The position numbers and the translations under genes are program-made. From a virus (lineage: Duplodnaviria; Caudoviricetes), in the IMG/VR virus record IMGVR_UViG_3300028048_000042: DNA of 64,000 nt. The stretch is one strand, 5' to 3'. Shown here in pieces: positions 57,298-64,000 of this stretch. The notes under the pieces were generated by a model, which was not told where the DNA came from, ran no database searches, and saw only the letters and a program-made list of their open reading frames with translations. Position 1 is the first letter of the stretch, and each line of letters opens with the position of its first letter.

Positions 57298-58110
57298 TTG
57301 AAAAGATTGATTAAACGTGTGGCTGATAGATATAAAACTTATATGGATTGGCTGAATTCTGCTGATGAAAACGAACTTGGCGGTTATTATTCAGACCGTT
57401 ATAAAGATGAATTTGGTTGTCGCCCTAGCGGTAAAGAAGCGAAATTTGATTCTGCGGATGATTTAAAAAATGCTATTTTGAATCTTGACCAAGATTTTAT
57501 CGAAGAGTGTAAAAAAAGAAATGAACTGCTTGAACAATTGAACACCCTTTATACTGCTGTACATGGAGAAAGCTTGCCTTGGGATGAAAAAAAATGTGAT
57601 TATTGTTCTTTTGATGAAATTTATAAAGAAATGGAAAAGCTTGATAAAGAAGTCGCGGAAGATGAAAAAAACAGATATGCAAGCAAAGCTGTTGGCAAAC
57701 GTTTGAAAAAAGTAGCAAAAAGTCTTGAAGAACTTACAGATGAAGAGTATGAAGATTTGAAAAAAAATCCTCCTGTGTCTGCGGAAGAATTTAAATCTGT
57801 AATGCAGAAAAATGTAGAAGAAAATATTAGTCATCTTCAGGAAGAGTTTGAGAAGAAAATTAAAGAAGCAATTGCAAACGTTGTTGATAGTAATTGTGAT
57901 AAAATTTATGATGATGCATATTTTGATGCAATTGAACAGTTTGCTCCAAAAACAGATTTTTCTGAACAGGATTTGAATGAAATTATGCAAGGTACTCAGG
58001 TTTACAAAGATTGGAAAAATTGGACACCTGAGAAAATTATGGCTATGAAATCTACAATTGAAAGTGCAACGAAGGTTGCTTTGGAAGATTATTTTAGCGA
58101 ACAGAAATAA
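57298..58110 (+). CDS. MKRLIKRVA-tagged two-module protein with internal KRLKKVA site
   Basis: RBS AAAGGTG then TTG 57298. Confidence 0.75.
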   Translation: MKRLIKRVADRYKTYMDWLNSADENELGGYYSDRYKDEFGCRPSGKEAKFDSADDLKNAILNLDQDFIEECKKRNELLEQLNTLYTAVHGESLPWDEKKCDYCSFDEIYKEMEKLDKEVAEDEKNRYASKAVGKRLKKVAKSLEELTDEEYEDLKKNPPVSAEEFKSVMQKNVEENISHLQEEFEKKIKEAIANVVDSNCDKIYDDAYFDAIEQFAPKTDFSEQDLNEIMQGTQVYKDWKNWTPEKIMAMKSTIESATKVALEDYFSEQK

Positions 58111-58131
58111 AAATTAGAAAGGTGAGTCAAA

Positions 58132-58635
58132 ATGGCATATCCACGCATGACTTACTACTCTAGGTTACTCAGTAATGAAGATGGTAGACAGTTGCTTAAT
58201 TATGCTAGTACAGTGCATAATAAGCAATTGTATTATGGTAGAGTTAATGGACTAAAGGGTGGCGAATCCGACTATATCGTTGAATTCGACATTTGGAATA
58301 ATGAACCTGCATGGGATGGCGGTACGCCACAAGTTATTGCTCAAAATGCCATGAATTGTAGGTTGAGAATTAATATTCCTCCTGAAAGTCGAGATATTAA
58401 TCCATTTTTCTATGCACGTTGTACAACCTATGATGTAGAAAGTGAATTCGAAGAAGTTAGCATGAAACGTAGAGAGTTTAAGAACATTCAGGGTTCTGCT
58501 AGTGACCGATACGGTACAATTCTCGGAGTGTCTGACCATGCTACAATTGAAACAAAAATTAAGTTACGCCCCAATTCAATGATTAAACACCCTCAATATA
58601 ATTTTACGTTGGATTTTTTGTATAATTATGAATAA
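58132..58635 (+). CDS. Hypothetical protein, probably structural
   Basis: RBS AAGGTGAG; in neck region. Confidence 0.7.
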   Translation: MAYPRMTYYSRLLSNEDGRQLLNYASTVHNKQLYYGRVNGLKGGESDYIVEFDIWNNEPAWDGGTPQVIAQNAMNCRLRINIPPESRDINPFFYARCTTYDVESEFEEVSMKRREFKNIQGSASDRYGTILGVSDHATIETKIKLRPNSMIKHPQYNFTLDFLYNYE

Positions 58636-59032
58636 CTTAATTTGGAACATTGAAACAAAGAGTGGTATTTTAATTTCTGAGGGACAGGGCGTTCTGAGAA
58701 ATATAGCTCCTTCAGAAATTAAATGTATTTATTATGAAAATGAAAAATGTTGTTATGGAGTTAAAGATAATTTGCATTTCTTCATCAATAACCAAGAATT
58801 TGATTTTAAGTTGAATCAAAAAATACTTAATTATTTTCAATATAAAACAGCGACACATAATTTGATGTTGGACACTGATGGTATTGAATATAATATTGGT
58901 ATTGAAACAGAAGATGGCAATTACAAATACAAATATACAATGGTTATAAAATCTCCAAAGAATGTTGTATTTACTGCTCAAAAATTTGAGGGTGAAAAAG
59001 AAATAGCGCACAGGAATGTGAGGTTGAGATAA
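58628..59032 (+). CDS. Hypothetical protein
   Basis: Overlapping operon gene. Confidence 0.65.
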   Translation: MNNLIWNIETKSGILISEGQGVLRNIAPSEIKCIYYENEKCCYGVKDNLHFFINNQEFDFKLNQKILNYFQYKTATHNLMLDTDGIEYNIGIETEDGNYKYKYTMVIKSPKNVVFTAQKFEGEKEIAHRNVRLR

Positions 59033-59805
59033 TGGCACAAAAGATTCTAAAAATACAAGGTTATTTTGATGTTATTGGTCGTGTGTCTACTCATACTCAC
59101 CATTGTTATTTTGGTGTTACAGACGAAGAAAAAAATGAAATTATTTTATATACAAATAATAAAGAATATCGTCATGCAACAGAAATAGATATGGTTCGTT
59201 ATAGACCGAAACCTGTAGTTGGTACTTTAAAAAATAAAGACAAAACGTATATTAATACCAAATTGGAATTTGTTAAAACAAATGAAAAAACATCAACCTT
59301 TGGAGATGTTGTTCAGGAAGTTTGTTATACAGATAAAGGTGGCAAATATACGGCTTATATTGAAAGTGGTACTTACAATATAGATATTTATATTAATAAC
59401 AAACGACAAACTAAGCGTAATGTTGAAATTAATAAAGGTTTAAAATGTCAATATTACAAAAAAGTTCGTGGGTTAATTGCAAAAAAATATAAAGATGTGG
59501 TTGAGTATCATGGTACAGACTACAAGATGGTTTTTGGACAATTGATTGATAACAAATCTACGCCAATTGAACAAGCAGAAATAATTATTCTTGATTCGGA
59601 TGGTGTGTTAGATACTTATATAAAAACTGATGAAGATGGTAAATATAATTTTGCTATCAAAAATGGAGATTATACGGTAAAAATTAGAGCAAAGAATTCT
59701 CCAATGAAAAGCACAAAAATTACAATTGATGATGTTCACGGCTTCGCAGAACAATTAACTTCACAGGAAATTTTGTGGAATAAGCAACAAATGCTAAAAA
59801 TGTAA
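59032..59805 (+). CDS. Virion protein with carboxypeptidase-regulatory-like domains
   Basis: TDKGGKY...SGTY and KTDEDGKYNF...GDYTV repeats similar to 55500 gene. Confidence 0.7.
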   Translation: MAQKILKIQGYFDVIGRVSTHTHHCYFGVTDEEKNEIILYTNNKEYRHATEIDMVRYRPKPVVGTLKNKDKTYINTKLEFVKTNEKTSTFGDVVQEVCYTDKGGKYTAYIESGTYNIDIYINNKRQTKRNVEINKGLKCQYYKKVRGLIAKKYKDVVEYHGTDYKMVFGQLIDNKSTPIEQAEIIILDSDGVLDTYIKTDEDGKYNFAIKNGDYTVKIRAKNSPMKSTKITIDDVHGFAEQLTSQEILWNKQQMLKM

Positions 59806-59836
59806 AAGAGTCTGCCTATATTGGCAGACCTTTTTT
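59805..59836 (+). terminator. Intrinsic terminator
   Basis: AAAAGAGTCTGCC-tatatt-GGCAGACCTTTTT. Confidence 0.75.
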
Positions 59837-59861
59837 GTATTATTTTTTTGAGGTGATTTTG

Positions 59862-60692
59862 GTGAACATAGAGTTAAAAAAATCTTTAATGCCACCAACA
59901 CATATTGACATTTCTTACCCAAGAGATAATAGTCATATTGTTGTTACATGGAATGAAGTAAAAAAACCTAAAGGCGTTTCTAAAAACGATAATTCTGCAA
60001 TAAAATATAATGTGTATAAGGGTTTAACACAGAATGGTATTTTTTATAAGATAAATGGAAAACCTTTAAATTCAAATAGATTTGAAGATTATGATTTATC
60101 AAGAAATCCAAATGTTCAAAATTGGTATAAGGTATCTACAGTATATGAAAATGAGGGAGAATTGATTGAAGGTGCATTGTCACAACCACGTTGCTTCCAA
60201 GTTCGAAATACCGATAGATGGTTTATGAAAATGAATGAGCGAAATTTGTGGATTCTAAAAAATACAGGTATGTTGTTTGACTTATATACGAGAAAATATG
60301 ATGGGGAACGTTGTCCTCGTTGTTTTGATGAAATTCGTGGTCGTGCAGGAACTCCTGATTGTGCTATTTGCTATGGTACAGGATATGTGGGCGGTTATGA
60401 CCCTGCATATCAATTGTACGTGCGTTTAAAACCCTTCCAAACATCTATGGATGTAACTCCTAACCAAATGATGATTCAAAATGCTCCTACAGGTGCATGG
60501 ACGATTTCAGATACAAAGATTATGAATAGAGATATTTTGATTTCACCAACAGGTACAATGTATCAAGTAATTAATTCTATGATTAATCAAGCAGGAGGTT
60601 ATTTATTCCATCAAGAACTAAATTTGAAGCCTTTTGACCCTAATGACCCAATTTATATGATGAAAAGGACAACTTTATATCCGAGATTATGA
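59862..60692 (+). CDS. Putative neck/head-closure protein with N-terminal fibronectin-III-like domain and Zn finger
   Basis: V.W...YNVY...F.D...WYKV (Fn3); CPRC...CAICYGTGYVGGY; RDILI...MYQV; start estimated after RBS GAGGTGA. Confidence 0.65.
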   Translation: MNIELKKSLMPPTHIDISYPRDNSHIVVTWNEVKKPKGVSKNDNSAIKYNVYKGLTQNGIFYKINGKPLNSNRFEDYDLSRNPNVQNWYKVSTVYENEGELIEGALSQPRCFQVRNTDRWFMKMNERNLWILKNTGMLFDLYTRKYDGERCPRCFDEIRGRAGTPDCAICYGTGYVGGYDPAYQLYVRLKPFQTSMDVTPNQMMIQNAPTGAWTISDTKIMNRDILISPTGTMYQVINSMINQAGGYLFHQELNLKPFDPNDPIYMMKRTTLYPRL

Positions 60693-60746
60693 TAATAATG
60701 AATAAAAAATTTATATTTTTTATATAAAATGAAAGGAAGTTGACAC

Positions 60747-61874
60747 ATGAAATATTTAATTAAACGTGTTGCTGAAGAAATTGAAAAGTCTGAATCTGAA
60801 TTACAAGACGCTGTTGATAAAGAACTTCATGATTATGTAGAAAATCCGAATTCTACAAATAGCGAAGAATTAAAAGAAGCTGTACAGGAATATGATTCTG
60901 CTGATACTTCTTTAAATCAAATTCCTGCGTTGTTTAAAAAATTATTGGAGCAGGGTAAGTTCTGTGGAGATAATTTTGATAATGGCGGTGGTAAATATGA
61001 TAAAGCTACTGAATGGTTGAAAGAAAATGGCTATGGTAACTTTGTTTATGATAAATACAATCGAAGTGAAGAACATAACAAGGCGGTAGAAGATAAAAAC
61101 GACTATAAAACATCTACTATCTCCAACGTTTTGAATGTTATTAAAGAAGATGATGTTATTCTTGACGTTCTTCGTAAATCAAAACAAAAAGCTCCTATTA
61201 CATATATCTCTGTGTATGAAGGAGATAAAAGCGGTAAAGGTCGTATGACAAAGGATAAAAATGGCAAGAAATGTTGGCAAAGAAATCAGCGTTTGAAAGA
61301 TTATGTTCCTTTGGTAGAACAGGTCTTTGACCACGTAGAATGTAAAAATGGCATTATTACTGCTTATGATGATGAAGATTTGAAAAAGGAAGGAAAAGCA
61401 AGTATGAAAAGATTGGCTAGTATGTATGGTGAAACACGTACAGAAGAAGATTTAAATTATTATTTCCCTAAGAAATTTGAAGATGTTGGGATTGAAGGTG
61501 TAAAGTGCGAATATGATGGTGGCGTGAGAGTTGATTTTTCAGGTAAGCCAATGACAGATAAATTGTTAAAAGCACTTACTGCAAAAGATGGCGACCCATA
61601 TGAAGAAATTTTGAGCACTCATTTTGCAGGCAGTAAAGAAGAATATCAGAATTTCAAACAGCAGTTTATTGATGGAACTACTTTTGGTTTTCATGGTGAT
61701 TTTGTTGGTGATGTTGAAGTTGCTATCAATTACAATACAAATTTCGATTGGATTGAAGACTTGAAAGATGAAATTGCTGATGGTTTAAGTTATCTGATTT
61801 CCGATATGCTTGAAGATATGAATAGTGAATTTGAAAAAGATTTCTACGAAGAACAGAAATCAGAAGAAGAATAA
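60747..61874 (+). CDS. MKYLIKRVA-tagged polyprotein: SAM-dependent methyltransferase-like domain plus second module after internal MKRLAS
   Basis: FDNGGGKYD (motif I), YDKYNR, SNVLNVI, YISVYEGD, WQRN. Confidence 0.7.
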   Translation: MKYLIKRVAEEIEKSESELQDAVDKELHDYVENPNSTNSEELKEAVQEYDSADTSLNQIPALFKKLLEQGKFCGDNFDNGGGKYDKATEWLKENGYGNFVYDKYNRSEEHNKAVEDKNDYKTSTISNVLNVIKEDDVILDVLRKSKQKAPITYISVYEGDKSGKGRMTKDKNGKKCWQRNQRLKDYVPLVEQVFDHVECKNGIITAYDDEDLKKEGKASMKRLASMYGETRTEEDLNYYFPKKFEDVGIEGVKCEYDGGVRVDFSGKPMTDKLLKALTAKDGDPYEEILSTHFAGSKEEYQNFKQQFIDGTTFGFHGDFVGDVEVAINYNTNFDWIEDLKDEIADGLSYLISDMLEDMNSEFEKDFYEEQKSEEE

Positions 61875-61877
61875 ATA

Positions 61878-61909
61878 CAAAAAACACTAGGAAAAACCTA
61901 GTGTTTTTT
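61878..61909 (+). terminator. Intrinsic terminator
   Basis: AAAAAACACTAGG-aaaaa-CCTAGTGTTTTT. Confidence 0.85.
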
Positions 61910-62042
61910 ATTTGTCAAAATTTAAAATGTATTGATATTCAACGGACACTAAAGAATTGTTATGGTAGTGAACAAAAAAATAAAGTAAATAAACATAAAT
62001 ATTTAATTTCTAGGAAGAACATCAATAGCAAAGGGTGATTTT

Positions 62043-62705
62043 ATGCTGATGGAAAATGCACTCAAACACACAAAAGATGTTTTCATCCAATTTTTGAGAT
62101 TGTATTTAAACAATCCTAAAAATTATCAGAAGAAACTACCTCAACAGATTAGTGATAATCATTTCACTGAATGTGATGTATATGATTCTCAACCTGAAGA
62201 ATTGAGAAGATTTCCCACAATCATTATTACGGCAGGTTCAGGAAACATGATTACTAGCGGTTTGGGGGATATGTGTTCTGAGGTGTTAGACCCACGTACA
62301 GGGTCGGTTATAGCTTATCGTTATCAGGGTATTTATGAATTCTCTATAACGGTAGATATAGGTTGCAAAAATCCTCTTGATAGTGAAGTTCTTACTGATA
62401 TTGTAGCAAAGGCTTTACGTTTTTCTCTAAGGAGAGCAATTCAAAATCAAGGGATTATAGTAAAAGATGCTTCGTATGTTGGGCAATCAACATTGGAGTA
62501 TAATTCAGATTTGATTTATGTCACGCAATTAAAATTTAATACATGGTCTACATGGATTGAAGACGTTGACTTGCTTGACCCAGATGAATTTAATTTGGAT
62601 TTGTCTATGAGTACGAGATTGTCTAGTGGCGAAAAGTCTGAACCTATAAGAGTTAAACCAAATAAAAATAACAAAGGTAATGGAGAAGAAAGTTCTGATG
62701 AATGA
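62043..62705 (+). CDS. Putative tail terminator/tail completion protein
   Basis: FPTIII, Y.FSITVDI pattern; immediately upstream of sheath. Confidence 0.55.
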   Translation: MLMENALKHTKDVFIQFLRLYLNNPKNYQKKLPQQISDNHFTECDVYDSQPEELRRFPTIIITAGSGNMITSGLGDMCSEVLDPRTGSVIAYRYQGIYEFSITVDIGCKNPLDSEVLTDIVAKALRFSLRRAIQNQGIIVKDASYVGQSTLEYNSDLIYVTQLKFNTWSTWIEDVDLLDPDEFNLDLSMSTRLSSGEKSEPIRVKPNKNNKGNGEESSDE

Positions 62706-62734
62706 CCATTATCTTGGAAATGGAGGTATTAAGT

Positions 62735-64000
62735 ATGCCATACAGAGTTCCTGGGGCGTATGCTCGATTTGTAAAAACTGCTAGTCAGGTCAATAATGTC
62801 GGTGCGACACGAGTTTTGGGTTTGATTGGTACAGGCGCAAATTACTTTGAAGTTTATAATGAAGCTGTTAAAAAGAGCGATAGTCAGTCCTATGATAAAT
62901 TGAAGTACAATAACGTATTTGAAATTATTTCAGTTACTGATAAGGCTTTGAAAGATGGTGCTATCGTAAGAGGTTCTGCTGTTTATACCGAAGGTGAAAC
63001 AGAAGCATTTACATTGAAAGATGGAAATAAAATTGCTTGGAATACTATTACAGATGGTGAATATAAAATTCATGCTTTGGCAAATGAACGTAGTTTACAG
63101 CTTCGCGACCAAATCACTGTTATTGTAAACGACAATAAAGAATATGAAATTGTTGATGGTTCATATACTTTGGAAATTACTTATTTGGAAGATGCATTTG
63201 ACCATGCAGATACAGCTCATGTTAATTGCGGTTGCTATCGTGTAACAGATAATTCTTCTAAGAAAATCCTCGGTGAATGGGGCGTAAGTGAAGAGTTTAA
63301 TACTGAAGCAATTCCTGGTCTTAAAATTAAAATTACAGACTTGTTTGTACCTGATGTAAATGGTGATTCAATTACTCATGTCGGTGATAGTGTAACAATT
63401 ACAACTAAAGCACCAAAAACTGAAATTGAAGCACAGATTGCTTGGGATGATTCAATTGTTCAGTATTCACAGAAACTTCGTGAATCTTTAATGCCATTGA
63501 ATGCTACAGAAACAGATGATGAATCTAAATATGAATATTTCATGTTCACAGATTCTTCTAAAGTAATTGATGGTAAATTCGTTATTCAGGTAACTGACCC
63601 ACTTACAAAAGAAATTAAAATTTATCAGGAAGATGAACTTGGCGGTGAAATTACACCTGCTCTTTATGAAGGCCCAATCGGTAAGATTGATGAATTCCTT
63701 GATGTAATTCCTGGTTATACTTTCATCTTGAAAGATTTTGATTCTTCCGCTATTACTACAGGCGATTGTGTACGTCTTGTAACAAAAGCTAGTGTATATG
63801 GTAAAGCAATTCCTGAAGATAAAGTATACTATGTTTCTTATAAATATAAGAAAGATGAAAAGGATTATGAACCAAAAATCTTCTATGATTATGAAGACGT
63901 TATTAATGAATACGGTAACTATGATGTAACTGCTTCTTCAATCGTAACAAATTCCTTGACACTTGGTGCGGAATTAGCCTTTAAAGCAGGCGTTGCTCCT
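62735..64000 (+). CDS. Tail sheath protein (3' truncated by window edge)
   Basis: RBS GGAGGT; MPYRVPGAYARFVKTAS...RVLGLIGTG N-terminus and ...YGNY...SLTLGAELAFKAG sheath patterns; frame appears open to base 64000; not in ORF track. Confidence 0.85.
   Translation, partial: MPYRVPGAYARFVKTASQVNNVGATRVLGLIGTGANYFEVYNEAVKKSDSQSYDKLKYNNVFEIISVTDKALKDGAIVRGSAVYTEGETEAFTLKDGNKIAWNTITDGEYKIHALANERSLQLRDQITVIVNDNKEYEIVDGSYTLEITYLEDAFDHADTAHVNCGCYRVTDNSSKKILGEWGVSEEFNTEAIPGLKIKITDLFVPDVNGDSITHVGDSVTITTKAPKTEIEAQIAWDDSIVQYSQKLRESLMPLNATETDDESKYEYFMFTDSSKVIDGKFVIQVTDPLTKEIKIYQEDELGGEITPALYEGPIGKIDEFLDVIPGYTFILKDFDSSAITTGDCVRLVTKASVYGKAIPEDKVYYVSYKYKKDEKDYEPKIFYDYEDVINEYGNYDVTASSIVTNSLTLGAELAFKAGVAP

Overview
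AT-rich (~30% GC by eye), almost entirely + strand segment of a large myovirus-type (jumbo-like) phage genome. Standard genetic code and strong AGGAGG/AGGTGA ribosome-binding sites point to a Firmicutes host, probably anaerobic given the many Fe-S enzymes. The window holds a dispersed virion morphogenesis module: repeat-rich fibre, portal, MuF-like protein, prohead protease, scaffold-like protein, capsid cement and major capsid protein, head-tail adaptor, neck, tail terminator and the 5' part of the tail sheath. No terminase, integrase, tRNA or CRISPR array was seen. Interleaved with it are (i) eight complete radical SAM genes plus a probable ninth, truncated at the left edge, three of them SPASM-type and adjacent to two Cys-rich candidate substrates (a CQ-repeat protein and a fibre-like protein ending in CVCNCNYCSC); (ii) a ~12.5 kb glyco-tailoring operon (GT8, GT4, GT2, carbamoyltransferase, SGNH+CitC-like fusion, kinase-like, five more radical SAMs), plus two nucleotide-sugar genes bracketing the capsid operon; (iii) about ten otherwise unrelated proteins sharing an N-terminal MKRL(I/V)A-type tag, which I read as a capsid-targeting/protease-cleavage signal for packaged cargo, including a deoxyribosyltransferase-Nudix fusion and a methyltransferase-like protein. 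Sequence-level signals: a recurrent TAT-N8-TAGA candidate late promoter, three sigma-A-type promoters, many intrinsic terminators, an A10 slippery site joining an ORF to a start-less -1 frame extension, and strong apparent avoidance of GATC and CCAG/CTGG. All product calls come from motif recognition only; no database searches were run.
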